Source of the DNA: a virus
Taxonomy: Duplodnaviria; Caudoviricetes
DNA length: 64,000 nt
Direction: 5' to 3' (one strand)
IMG/VR virus record: IMGVR_UViG_3300021087_001082
Span: 12,820 to 76,819 of that record
Under the pieces are notes generated by a model, which saw only the letters and a list, made by a program, of their open reading frames with translations, was not told the DNA's origin and did not search any database. How positions within the stretch are numbered: the first letter of the stretch is position 1; each line of letters starts with the position of its first letter. Made by a program: the position numbers and the translations under genes. Below are positions 1 to 9,529 of the stretch, in pieces.

Positions 1-227
1 ATAAAGGTCATCGTATTATAATGTGGACAGGAAGAGGTTGTAGAACTTATTCTGATAATCCAGAATTTTGGAAACCACAGACTGCAGAACAATTAAAAAA
101 ATGGGGTGTTAAGTACCATGAATTAATTGTAGGTAAACCTTTTTTTGATGTATACATTTGTGACAAATCTCAAAACTCTGAAGCATGGTTTTCTATTAGT
201 GAGGCATTAGACGGCGATGCCCTTTGA
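1..227 (+). CDS. HAD-superfamily phosphatase, 5'-truncated by the window edge
   Basis: Frame open from the window start (KGHRIIMWTGRG...KKWGVKYHELIVGKPFFDVYICDK), matching the TGR and GKP..D.YIDD-type motifs of small HAD phosphatases. Confidence 0.6.
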   Translation, partial: KGHRIIMWTGRGCRTYSDNPEFWKPQTAEQLKKWGVKYHELIVGKPFFDVYICDKSQNSEAWFSISEALDGDAL

Positions 228-507
228 AGTTAAAACGAAGCAATATGAAACCCATATACAAGGTAAGGAATTTAAACCGATGAAAGCTATATTAGAATTT
301 GAATTGCCTGAAGACTATGAGAACTATCTTCAATCACAATACGGTATGAATTGGTCTTTAGCTATGTGGGATTTAGAACAGTATTGCAGAAATGAGATTA
401 AACACCGAGAAGAATATTATTCAGAGGGGGAACAGGAAGTTTTACAAACAGTCCGTGATAAGATAGTAGAGATCATGAACGAATATAATTTAAAATACCC
501 AACATAA
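217..507 (+). CDS. hypothetical protein
   Basis: 96 aa ORF overlapping the upstream stop; GAGG RBS. Confidence 0.6.
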   Translation: MPFEVKTKQYETHIQGKEFKPMKAILEFELPEDYENYLQSQYGMNWSLAMWDLEQYCRNEIKHREEYYSEGEQEVLQTVRDKIVEIMNEYNLKYPT

Positions 508-592
508 GGGGAGGCTGTGCAATGGTGAGCTCAACAGACTGTAAATCTGCCGTCTTTCGACTGTGATGGTTCGACTCCATCCCTCCCCACCA
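508..592 (+). tRNA. tRNA-Tyr(GTA)
   Basis: Acceptor GGGGAGG/CCTCCCC, anticodon loop CTGTAAA, long variable arm, T arm GATGG-TTCGACT-CCATC, A73 and encoded CCA. Confidence 0.93.
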
Positions 593-602
593 AAGGAATA
601 TT

Positions 603-920
603 ATGAGTATAACAGAAGGTGCTTTATATGATAGATTTGATCTAGAAGAATCTATAGTACAGTTAGGACAAATTTCAGATGATGTAAAATTACTATCTGA
701 GAATGTTATGGAGAATCTTGATATTAATACTGATACAATTGTTAATGCATTAACGGGATTAGAGACAATACATAATATGCGTTTTGATAAATGCATTGAA
801 GTATTAGAATATGTTATTGGTACAAAGATATTAGATAATAAAAATTATAATCATCCTAATTTAGTAAAAAAGGTCCCAAAAGACGAATGGGATGAGACAG
901 GAAGTTTTCAGGACTTCTAA
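603..920 (+). CDS. hypothetical protein
   Basis: 105 aa ORF with AAGGA RBS. Confidence 0.6.
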   Translation: MSITEGALYDRFDLEESIVQLGQISDDVKLLSENVMENLDINTDTIVNALTGLETIHNMRFDKCIEVLEYVIGTKILDNKNYNHPNLVKKVPKDEWDETGSFQDF

Positions 921-925
921 AATTA

Positions 926-933
926 TATAAATA
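926..933 (+). promoter_or_regulatory. T4-type late promoter TATAAATA
   Basis: Exact gp55 consensus, intergenic, upstream of a gp67-like gene. Confidence 0.8.
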
Positions 934-973
934 AAGTAAATAAGAAACTGACAATAAATTACGGAGTGTATCA

Positions 974-1684
974 ATGTCGGATAAGGAAATACAAGAAGAA
1001 GTAAATAATGACGATGCAACTGAGGTTATGGAGACTCCTTCGAATCCTGCGTCAGAACTGGTGGATTTAGTCCTATCCGGTGAGCTACACGCAGCCAATG
1101 AGAAGTTCCATGGAATCGTTGAATCTAAAGTGGTTACAGCAATTGAAGATGAAAAATTAAAAATCGCTCAAACTCTTTTTGCAGAAGAAGATGAAGAGCC
1201 CCTTGAAGAAGCACCTAAAGCAAAAGTAAAAGAAGATGATGATGATAGTGATGACGACGAGGACGACGATGAGGAAGAAGATAGCGGCGAAGATAAGCCA
1301 GCTCCGCCATCGGATAAGGAAGATGACGATGATGATTCAGATTCAGATGATGACGATGATTCTGGAGATAAGGCTAAACCGAAGAAGGGTAAAATACCCC
1401 CTCAATTCATGAAAAAAGAAGACGTAGAACCCGTTGATCAAAATGAAGGGATCACTGGTGATGATGATGCGAATCAAAGAGCGTTAGATAAAAACCGCGC
1501 TATGGCAAAGAAGTATGGCCAAGTTCGACAGGGTATTCCTCCTGAAAAAAAGAAAGAAGAAAAGAAAGAGGAAGTATCACCTGAACAATCTTTTGATCCA
1601 GGCGAAGAGAGTTCAAATGCTCCTATCCCTGAAGGTTCTTTCGTAGCACAAGTAGCAGATTACTTAGCTGGAAACCGTAAATAA
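974..1684 (+). CDS. acidic prohead core-like protein (gp67-like domain with extensions)
   Basis: ELVDLVLSGELHAANEKF...IEDEKLKIAQTLFAEE followed by an Asp/Glu tract resembles T4 gp67; late promoter upstream. Confidence 0.55.
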   Translation: MSDKEIQEEVNNDDATEVMETPSNPASELVDLVLSGELHAANEKFHGIVESKVVTAIEDEKLKIAQTLFAEEDEEPLEEAPKAKVKEDDDDSDDDEDDDEEEDSGEDKPAPPSDKEDDDDDSDSDDDDDSGDKAKPKKGKIPPQFMKKEDVEPVDQNEGITGDDDANQRALDKNRAMAKKYGQVRQGIPPEKKKEEKKEEVSPEQSFDPGEESSNAPIPEGSFVAQVADYLAGNRK

Positions 1685-1695
1685 GAACGCAACTT

Positions 1696-1736
1696 AGGAT
1701 TGGCTGCTGCCTTTGGTAAGCACAGCCTTTCCTTTT
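1696..1736 (+). terminator. probable rho-independent terminator
   Basis: GGCTG-TGC...GCA-CAGCC stem followed by a T-rich tail. Confidence 0.6.
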
Positions 1737-1761
1737 GCTTTCCTCAATTTAAAATAATCAA

Positions 1762-1968
1762 ATGAATATTTGGTTAGAGTATTTTAAATATAATGATAAG
1801 AGTAGTAATTATCATGCGCAGATGAAAGAGAATGTCAAGTGGAGCGCGCCTGATAAAAAAGATATCCAAAGAAGACCCTGCATAGATAGAGAAATGGCAC
1901 TAAAGATAGCTAAGTCTCTACAAGATCAAGGTTACCACGTAACTATAAAAACAGATGGGCCTATTTGA
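1762..1968 (+). CDS. hypothetical protein
   Basis: 68 aa ORF. Confidence 0.5.
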   Translation: MNIWLEYFKYNDKSSNYHAQMKENVKWSAPDKKDIQRRPCIDREMALKIAKSLQDQGYHVTIKTDGPI

Positions 1969-2011
1969 AATAGCCTACCAATAAAACAATTACAAATAGA
2001 AATGAAAAAAA

Positions 2012-2254
2012 ATGAATCTGGAAATCAGAGGGAATGTTGTAGTTAGACATCAGTCCGTTCCCGATTGTGAATGGTGCGATAAAGCAAAAGAATTATTAGA
2101 CCAAAAAGGAATGAAGTATACAGTTATTGATAGTGATAAGAAGTTGTTTTATAATCTTATGCAAGAAACAAACAGTAAGAAAGTACCACAAATTATATTA
2201 GATGGAAAATTTGTTGGTGACTATAACGATCTATTAGAACATTTTGATATATAA
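2012..2254 (+). CDS. glutaredoxin
   Basis: CEWC active site; VPQI..G..VG.Y motif. Confidence 0.85.
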   Translation: MNLEIRGNVVVRHQSVPDCEWCDKAKELLDQKGMKYTVIDSDKKLFYNLMQETNSKKVPQIILDGKFVGDYNDLLEHFDI

Positions 2255-2352
2255 TTAACGTCGCAACGTTCGGTCGAAGGAGGTGTTTTACTTACCGGAC
2301 ATAGACATGATTCGTCTAATATTTTTCTCCCTATATATTTAAAGGAGTTATT

Positions 2353-2556
2353 ATGAATAAAAGTATTAGACGAATAGAATTACAAGATTTGGAATATGAA
2401 GTGAAGGCAGCAAGAGTTAAAGACTCGGTTGAATATGAATTGCAAATATTGGATGAAGAATATGATGTTATTCAAGCGTTATCAAGAGATGGAGATTTAA
2501 CGCCCGTTGAATTTGGATTTCACCATGATGATATCGATTATATGCGCTCTCTTTAA
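2353..2556 (+). CDS. hypothetical protein
   Basis: 67 aa ORF, AAGGAG RBS. Confidence 0.6.
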   Translation: MNKSIRRIELQDLEYEVKAARVKDSVEYELQILDEEYDVIQALSRDGDLTPVEFGFHHDDIDYMRSL

Positions 2557-3247
2557 AGGAAAACGACTTGGTATACCACACTCTACAGAAATATATAACG
2601 CTGAATGGGCTGATAAATTATATCGCGGTTTAAAGAGAAACATTACAACAGATTTTGAGTTGGTTTGTTTAGTTGATGATGACTATACATTTAAAGAACC
2701 AATCCGCGCCATTCCTTTCCTAGACCCCAACTCTCCAGGTTGGTCACTCCTAGCAGAATTATTCCGTCCAGATATTACAACTAATCGTAGAATGATCATT
2801 GGCTTAGACACTGTTATAATGTCTAACATTGATGATATCCTTACATTCCCTTTGGATGTTGGACTATTAACAGATCCAATGTCTGGCATAGGTATCATTC
2901 CAGAGAATGAAGTATGTAATGCAATATGTATTGTTAGTGATAAGACATCTAATTATATTTGGGATGTTTGGACTAATAAACGAGATTGGGTTTTACAACA
3001 TTGTAGATTACAGCCGTGGAATACACCATCTGAATTATCAATGATGAGAAAGTTATTTAATGAAGATGGTAAAGTTCCAAGAATAGATATTGGATTCCCA
3101 GATCGTATCTTATCTTATAAAATGCATATATGTACAAATCCAAAACTATTAGAGACGGCTTCAATTGTTTACTTCCACGGTAAACCTAAATTACACCAAC
3201 TAAAGAATGTTCAATTTAACATAAAGGTATTGGAGAATTGGATATGA
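2507..3247 (+). CDS. GT-A-like glycosyltransferase (start probably 2525 or 2528)
   Basis: Y..E....LYRGLKRN, LDTVI...ID and YFHGKPK motifs typical of phage GT8-like proteins. Confidence 0.65.
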   Translation: MNLDFTMMISIICALFKGKRLGIPHSTEIYNAEWADKLYRGLKRNITTDFELVCLVDDDYTFKEPIRAIPFLDPNSPGWSLLAELFRPDITTNRRMIIGLDTVIMSNIDDILTFPLDVGLLTDPMSGIGIIPENEVCNAICIVSDKTSNYIWDVWTNKRDWVLQHCRLQPWNTPSELSMMRKLFNEDGKVPRIDIGFPDRILSYKMHICTNPKLLETASIVYFHGKPKLHQLKNVQFNIKVLENWI

Positions 3248-3993
3248 ATCCTGTACTAATGATAATGCAGCCGAGAATAATACCTCCGGCTATAACATCT
3301 ATAAGAGAGAATTGGAACAATCCTAGAGTATGGTTTAAAGCATTTACAGAACCTCAAGTAGTAAATGAAATGAATCGGTTTGTTAGAGAATCTGACTATA
3401 GTCATTATATTGTTATATCAGATGATGCTATATGTTATAAAAGAGCTTTTGATAATGTATTAGCTAATGCACCCAAGTACGATGTTTTCACCGGATGGTG
3501 TAATATGGAAATGTACGGAGATAAAATAAGTTCACATTCTAATGTTTCATTTCATGCATTACCATTAATAGATGAAAATGCATCTCTTGTTAGACCTTTA
3601 TATGATGACTATCCTCCTTGGGCTTCCGTTGATGAGGTATTAAGTAAAGAAGGAAATTTTCAAACCGCAATTGCAAGTTTTGCAACTAGTTGTTTTACTA
3701 GAGATATTTTATTAAAGTATCCTTTAGGAGTTTGGGAGAATGGTAAAGCTTCTGATCATCACATTTCATATAGACTTCAAAAAGATAGAATACCAATATG
3801 GACTAGTAGAGATGTTTTTGTAAGACACTTACGTCAAGGTAGAGAGTCATATTTAAAAAATACTAAAGCATGGCTAGTAGGTAATGTTCCATCACAAATA
3901 ATTTATGAGTTAGATAAAAAGCAATATCAATTTGATGGACAGAGACAATATGAATATGAACCTTTATTTGTAGGGACAAATGGCAGAATTTAA
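3238..3993 (+). CDS. putative glycosyltransferase (GT2-like)
   Basis: YSHYIVISDD acidic motif, late SD...S and HLR motifs. Confidence 0.5.
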   Translation: MDMNPVLMIMQPRIIPPAITSIRENWNNPRVWFKAFTEPQVVNEMNRFVRESDYSHYIVISDDAICYKRAFDNVLANAPKYDVFTGWCNMEMYGDKISSHSNVSFHALPLIDENASLVRPLYDDYPPWASVDEVLSKEGNFQTAIASFATSCFTRDILLKYPLGVWENGKASDHHISYRLQKDRIPIWTSRDVFVRHLRQGRESYLKNTKAWLVGNVPSQIIYELDKKQYQFDGQRQYEYEPLFVGTNGRI

Positions 3994-4585
3994 TGATTGG
4001 TATAATGTAGGTTCAAATAAAATACATAAGACAGCTCTTATTAATTGGGATGTTGTTGAGATAGGTGAAAATAATATTATAGGAGCTTATACTTGTATCG
4101 GTACAGATGCTCAAAGTGTTAGAGGTAAATCTACAGGTGTTATTTCTATTGGAGATAATAATACATTTAGAGAAGCTGTTTCTGTAAATATGCCAACTGA
4201 ATGGTCAAAGTTAACAGCTATAGAAGATAATTGCTATTTGATGATTAATGCTAACATAGCACATGATTGTTATGTTGAATCAAATTGTATTATTAGTAAT
4301 AATGCAGCTTTTGGTGGGCACGTATATGTTATGAAAAATACAAATATAGGTTATAGTGTATCAATACATCAGTTCCAAGTTATAGGTTCATATTGTATGC
4401 TAGGTATGGGTTCTATCGTACCTAAGGGGGCTGATCTTAAATGTGGGACATTGTGGTATGGATCCCCAGCAAAATTTAAAAAGTATAATGAAGTTGGATT
4501 GCAACGAAACGAGCTGGCAGTAGAAGATATGAAACTTGAAGATGAAAGACGACAAAAGATTATTGAAGAAAGATCTAAATACTAA
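3980..4585 (+). CDS. LpxA-like hexapeptide-repeat acyltransferase
   Basis: IGENNIIG and IGDNNTFRE repeats, IAHDC, IHQF..IG and GSPAK. Confidence 0.8.
   Translation: MAEFNDWYNVGSNKIHKTALINWDVVEIGENNIIGAYTCIGTDAQSVRGKSTGVISIGDNNTFREAVSVNMPTEWSKLTAIEDNCYLMINANIAHDCYVESNCIISNNAAFGGHVYVMKNTNIGYSVSIHQFQVIGSYCMLGMGSIVPKGADLKCGTLWYGSPAKFKKYNEVGLQRNELAVEDMKLEDERRQKIIEERSKY
4563..4585 (+). repeat. 23-bp direct repeat, copy 1
   Basis: TTGAAGAAAGATCTAAATACTAA, identical to 5183-5205. Confidence 0.9.
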
Positions 4586-4621
4586 GCTGGGAAGGCCCAC
4601 ATAATTTAAGGAACCTTTAAA

Positions 4622-5095
4622 ATGTTATACGATATATCAAGAATTAAAGAAGAGGTATTTGACCTAGTAGATATAAACTTTATGGGAATAGATTGGAATC
4701 AAATTTATCTTCAAGGAAAAGAAAAAGGTTGGGCTCAAGGTAAAAACCAAATGATGTGGCCGGAAATAGATCAAGAAGAAGAACAATGGGATGTGAATCT
4801 ATTTGAATTTCCGTATATCAATTCAATTATGGATGAACATAATCTATGTCGAACCAGAATCATTAAATCAAAACCAAAGTCATGTTTTCTATGGCACAAA
4901 GACCCACGAAAAAGGTTACATATTCCAGTAGTAACAAATGAACATTGTTTTTTATTGCTAGAAAAAGATGGTAGAATACATCTACCGGCCACAGGAGAAG
5001 CATACGTTGTTGATACCACACAACACCATACACAAATAAATGCATCAAGGGAAGAAAGAATACACATAGTAGGATCATTGAAATGGAAAAATTAA
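4622..5095 (+). CDS. aspartyl/asparaginyl beta-hydroxylase-like 2OG-Fe(II) oxygenase
   Basis: WHKD (HxD), RLHIPVVTN, HTQIN...RIHIV. Confidence 0.75.
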   Translation: MLYDISRIKEEVFDLVDINFMGIDWNQIYLQGKEKGWAQGKNQMMWPEIDQEEEQWDVNLFEFPYINSIMDEHNLCRTRIIKSKPKSCFLWHKDPRKRLHIPVVTNEHCFLLLEKDGRIHLPATGEAYVVDTTQHHTQINASREERIHIVGSLKWKN

Positions 5096-5205
5096 AAAGA
5101 GTTAAAACAAAAAAAGATCCCGATAACTATTCAGTTACCGAAAAACATATGTCCGTATTAGAAAAAGGACAAATTACTGATCTTGAAGAAAGATCTAAAT
5201 ACTAA
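5083..5205 (+). CDS. 40 aa hypothetical protein (not in ORF track)
   Basis: ATG overlapping the upstream gene with AGGA RBS; MEKLKRVK...DLEERSKY*. Confidence 0.5.
   Translation: MEKLKRVKTKKDPDNYSVTEKHMSVLEKGQITDLEERSKY
5183..5205 (+). repeat. 23-bp direct repeat, copy 2
   Basis: Identical to 4563-4585. Confidence 0.9.
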
Positions 5206-5206
5206 T

Positions 5207-5446
5207 ATGAACAAAGAAGCGTTTTTATCTATTGTAGACGACAAATTATGTGTGGATACAACTGTTTTTGAATTACATGAATTAAGAGAATGTAAAGAGT
5301 ATCTACAAAAAAATAATTATAAATCATCCCAATTCTTTTCCAAAGATAAAAGTGATGTAGATAAACTACATTCTATTATAGAAAAGATGGGGAAATTATC
5401 ACCAGAATGTGCTGGGAAAGATATTGATAGTTTTTATTTAAACTAA
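5207..5446 (+). CDS. hypothetical protein
   Basis: ATG at 5207 directly after the preceding stop (MNKEAF...). Confidence 0.5.
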   Translation: MNKEAFLSIVDDKLCVDTTVFELHELRECKEYLQKNNYKSSQFFSKDKSDVDKLHSIIEKMGKLSPECAGKDIDSFYLN

Positions 5447-5457
5447 TAGAGGAGAAT

Positions 5458-6669
5458 ATGTACACACAAGATGATGTTGATCGATTAAGTGGCTCGGTCC
5501 ATATTGAATACACACTTGCAAAGCTAGGAGCAGCAAAATTACGTAAAAAATTAACGAATCAAAAATACGTTAGTGCACTTGGGGCATTAACAGGCAACCA
5601 AGCAATGCAACAAGCAAAGGCTGGGTTAGATTCAGTTTACCTTTCGGGGTGGCAAGTAGCAGGCGATGCTAATGATAGTTTAGAGATGTATCCTGATCAA
5701 TCTCTTTATGCAGTTAGCAGTGTACCCACAGTAGTTAAAAGAATTAATAATACATTTATTAGAGCAGATCAAATTCAATGGATGGAGGGAAGAGGTGACC
5801 CAGGTTTTAATCATATTGATTATTTTTTGCCAATTATTGCTGATGCTGAGTCCGGTTTTGGCGGTGTTCTTAATACACATGAACTAGTGAAAGATTTAAT
5901 CGAAGCAGGAGCAGCAGGTATTCATTTAGAAGATCAATTATCGTCTGCAAAGAAATGTGGACATATGGGAGGGAAGGTTTTAGTTCCAACTCAAGAGATG
6001 GTATCTAAATTAAAGGCTTCTCGATTAGCAGCAGACATAATGGGTGTTGATACAATTATTATTGCCCGTACTGATTCATTAGCCGGAGCATTATTAGTTA
6101 CTGATGCTGACGCACATGATAATAGATTCATAACAGGTGATCGTACTGATGAAGGTTTCTTTAGAGTGGAAGCAGGAATGGATCAAGCAGTTGCAAGGGG
6201 TATTTCATATGCTCCCTATTGTGATTTAATTTGGATGGAAACTGGTAATCCCGACATTGGTGAAATAACAGAATTTACAAAAGAAGTTCGTAAAGAGTTT
6301 CCTAATAAACAGTTTGCATATAACTGTTCACCATCTTTTAATTGGAAGAAGAAGTTATCTGATAGTGAAATAAGTTCCTTTAAAGATGAGCTCGGCGAGC
6401 TAGGTGTTACATATCAATTTATAACACTAGCAGGATTTCACTCATTGAATTATAGCATGTTTGAATTATCTGAGAACTATAGAGACAACGGAATGTCTGG
6501 TTATGTTGAATTACAAGAAAAAGAATTCGCAGCTCAGAAGAGAGGTTTTACAGCAGTGAAACATCAACGTGAAGTTGGCGCTAGTTATTTTGATGAAATT
6601 AATCAAATGTGTACTAATAGTACAGAACTTAGTTCATTAGAAGGATCAACAGAAAAAGAACAGTTCTAA
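5458..6669 (+). CDS. aceA: isocitrate lyase
   Basis: Catalytic KKCGHM signature; YLSGWQVA, ADAESGFGG, ARTD, AYNCSPSFNW and HQREVGA motifs. Confidence 0.97.
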   Translation: MYTQDDVDRLSGSVHIEYTLAKLGAAKLRKKLTNQKYVSALGALTGNQAMQQAKAGLDSVYLSGWQVAGDANDSLEMYPDQSLYAVSSVPTVVKRINNTFIRADQIQWMEGRGDPGFNHIDYFLPIIADAESGFGGVLNTHELVKDLIEAGAAGIHLEDQLSSAKKCGHMGGKVLVPTQEMVSKLKASRLAADIMGVDTIIIARTDSLAGALLVTDADAHDNRFITGDRTDEGFFRVEAGMDQAVARGISYAPYCDLIWMETGNPDIGEITEFTKEVRKEFPNKQFAYNCSPSFNWKKKLSDSEISSFKDELGELGVTYQFITLAGFHSLNYSMFELSENYRDNGMSGYVELQEKEFAAQKRGFTAVKHQREVGASYFDEINQMCTNSTELSSLEGSTEKEQF

Positions 6670-7388
6670 TGGAAATTATATTAAATGGTCCAGGCGGTAC
6701 AGTATCAACTTGGAAATTGACCGAAGCGGCTTATGATTATTGGAAAGATAAGCCGAGAAAAATGCTATTTGATTTTTCTTGGAATCTACCTGATCTTAGA
6801 AGTGATAATATTTTTGATGAAGAACATCCTCCTAGAGATAAGCTTGGTGTGCCCGATGAAGCATGGTTTTTTAAACCGTTAGATGGAATATGGCGAAATG
6901 GAGACTGGTCACAACCGGCTACGCCAACTGGCTGGTGCATAGATATTTGTGAATATGATAAAGCAACAATTTGGATAGAAGATAATAACGAAATAACACA
7001 ATATCATCCAGATGAAATACCATCTATAAGATTTGATAAAACATATGCGCCCCCATCTGAATTATTCTATTCAGCAGTTTCTACAGAAATAGGCAATTGG
7101 CAACATAAGTGGTATTCAAGATCTATCCCTTTACATAAATTTAGATTACATACAATGCGTATTAATGATAAGAAATGGATCTTTAATCTCGATACAGCTC
7201 AAAGAGAAAATTGGAATATGTATAGAATGGTTAGAACTGATTGGGCTTATAGACTCCATGTTAGAAATAAACCATTTGTTGATAGTATGAGTTCATTTAC
7301 AGGTATTGATTTATCATATGATATGAATACTGGAAACCACGAACAAGATTGTTCTCACTTTAAAGTTCATGATCAATGGGGCCACTGA
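6669..7388 (+). CDS. hypothetical protein
   Basis: 239 aa Trp-rich ORF translationally coupled to aceA. Confidence 0.6.
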   Translation: MEIILNGPGGTVSTWKLTEAAYDYWKDKPRKMLFDFSWNLPDLRSDNIFDEEHPPRDKLGVPDEAWFFKPLDGIWRNGDWSQPATPTGWCIDICEYDKATIWIEDNNEITQYHPDEIPSIRFDKTYAPPSELFYSAVSTEIGNWQHKWYSRSIPLHKFRLHTMRINDKKWIFNLDTAQRENWNMYRMVRTDWAYRLHVRNKPFVDSMSSFTGIDLSYDMNTGNHEQDCSHFKVHDQWGH

Positions 7389-7391
7389 TCT

Positions 7392-8084
7392 GTGATACAT
7401 GTATTCGGTGATTCATATTGTGATCCTCTCAATGGAAAGGGTGGAGGAATATCATCAGAAAAAAGGTGGTTCAATCTTTTAGACGAGCCTTCATTTGTTT
7501 TTGGTTTAGCGGGTTCTAGTATTGATTGGTCTTTGAATGTTTTTCTTGAAGGGCATAGGCATAGAGAAGGCAAAGTAATTTTTATTGAATCTATTCCAAG
7601 AAGATTTCATTTTGAGTTCTTACAATATCCCGGCCATGCAGGTGCGGTTCTATTTGATGATATGAAAGAGTGGGAAAATGATAAATGGCTTTCATCACCA
7701 CAAATGATATACCTTAATCAACATAAAAAGTTTATAGAATATTTTCATATAAATTATAAGGACTATCATAAAGCAACAAAAACAAGATGTACGTTAAAAG
7801 CTTTATCCGATCAATATGAGAAGGTCATTTACTTTGCCACATCACATAATAGAAATTTATATGCCCCTGCGGAAATAGAAAATACAGAAAAATTTATTAT
7901 ACCTGACATAACATTAATGGATATATCTCGAGCAGAGATAAAGAACGATTATGATCCTTCATTTAAAGATTGGAGATCAAATCATTTTACAGAAGAGAAT
8001 CATATAAATTTATCATCTTATATAAAGAGATTGTTTAATAATGAACCTGTGAATGATATAATATTTAATAAGAATGTGATATGA
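7392..8084 (+). CDS. SGNH/GDSL-like protein
   Basis: N-terminal VFGDSY, G.AGSS and C-terminal D...NH motifs. Confidence 0.55.
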   Translation: MIHVFGDSYCDPLNGKGGGISSEKRWFNLLDEPSFVFGLAGSSIDWSLNVFLEGHRHREGKVIFIESIPRRFHFEFLQYPGHAGAVLFDDMKEWENDKWLSSPQMIYLNQHKKFIEYFHINYKDYHKATKTRCTLKALSDQYEKVIYFATSHNRNLYAPAEIENTEKFIIPDITLMDISRAEIKNDYDPSFKDWRSNHFTEENHINLSSYIKRLFNNEPVNDIIFNKNVI

Positions 8085-9529
8085 TATATTGGGGTATTAC
8101 TTGTGGATCACATGACGGTGCTTTAGCTGTTTATGATAGTGCGAAACAAGAGGTTCTATTTGCAACCGACGCTGAAAGATTCTCTAGAAAAAAGAACGAT
8201 CCTCAAATACCTTTAAGCTTGTTAGATTATGTGAGAGAAGAATATGATGTCCCGGATAAAATTTATTTTTATGAGGATCCTCGTATAAAGATTTCTCGAA
8301 GATGGTATGCTGGACAGAAGCCAGCTTGGAAACCACCTGTGTTACCACATCCTTATAATACTAAACATTATAAGATGAAGTATACCTCGCATCATAGGTC
8401 ACATGCGACATATGGTTATTATACATCTCCTTTTACTGAATGTATGATATTATGTATTGATGCTATAGGAGAATGGGAAACATTAACTACTTGGTACGTT
8501 AAAGATCATAAATTTAAAAAATTATGGAACTGGAAATATCCTAAGTCTTTAGGATTAATGTATTCAGCATTGACACAGTACTCAGGTTGGAAACCCAATG
8601 AAGAAGAATATATTATGATGGGGGCTGCTGCTAGACAATCATATCCATATGATGTAGTAGTAAATAGAATTAGAGATTGTTGGGAAACAAAAAATATAAC
8701 CTGGCATAAAGGATGTAATAATATTCCAGAGTGGAATGTGAAACCAGAAATACATCCTCAGGATGTACCTACTGCTGCACAACATGTTTATGAAGAAGAG
8801 TTTCGTAAAGTATTAGGCCTATTAAGTCAACATAAGTTAAATAATGGAAATATAGTATTCGTGGGAGGATGTGCTTTAAATGTTAGTGCCAATAGATTTT
8901 TATCTGATTATTTTTCTAATATCTATATACCAGCTAATCCAGGTGACTCTGGATCTGCTATTGGATGTATTCTTGCAAGAACAAGAAACCATATTAGTCC
9001 TACTCCTTATCTTGGTTATGATATACAAGGACCGTATCCGTCCAAAGAAATAATTGAACACTTGATGATCGATCGAGTGGTTGGAGTAGCAAACGGAAAA
9101 TGCGAATTCGGACCACGTGCTTTAGGTAATAGAACACTCTTCGGAGATCCTACTGATAAAAAAATAAAACAAAAAATAAATGAAACAAAGGGTAGAGAAC
9201 AGTTCAGACCTTTTGCTCCGATGATATTACCTGAAGACGTGGCACAGTATTTTAATGGTGGATTTCATTCACCTTATATGAGTTGCGCATTATCAGCAAC
9301 AGAAGAATTTAAACAGAAATATCCTGGTGTTGTTCATTTAGATGGAACATCAAGATTACAAGTTGTTGATTCAGAACCTCATATAACATTATTAAAAATT
9401 TGGAAGGAGATAACAGGATGTCCTGTATTATTAAACACTTCCTTAAATGTAAAGGGACAACCAATTGTCAACACAAGAGAAGAAGCCGAAGCTTTCACTA
9501 AGAGAACAGGTGTTACTGTTCTTTCTTAA
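8081..9529 (+). CDS. carbamoyltransferase (NodU/CmcH family)
   Basis: HD, ERFSRKK, HHRSHA, DAIGE, GGCALN, EFGPRALGNR, FRPFAP and LLNTSLN motifs. Confidence 0.93.
   Translation: MIYWGITCGSHDGALAVYDSAKQEVLFATDAERFSRKKNDPQIPLSLLDYVREEYDVPDKIYFYEDPRIKISRRWYAGQKPAWKPPVLPHPYNTKHYKMKYTSHHRSHATYGYYTSPFTECMILCIDAIGEWETLTTWYVKDHKFKKLWNWKYPKSLGLMYSALTQYSGWKPNEEEYIMMGAAARQSYPYDVVVNRIRDCWETKNITWHKGCNNIPEWNVKPEIHPQDVPTAAQHVYEEEFRKVLGLLSQHKLNNGNIVFVGGCALNVSANRFLSDYFSNIYIPANPGDSGSAIGCILARTRNHISPTPYLGYDIQGPYPSKEIIEHLMIDRVVGVANGKCEFGPRALGNRTLFGDPTDKKIKQKINETKGREQFRPFAPMILPEDVAQYFNGGFHSPYMSCALSATEEFKQKYPGVVHLDGTSRLQVVDSEPHITLLKIWKEITGCPVLLNTSLNVKGQPIVNTREEAEAFTKRTGVTVLS

Noticed and set aside
1230-1365. GAT/GAC trinucleotide repeats
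   Set aside because: They simply encode the Asp/Glu tract of the gp67-like protein
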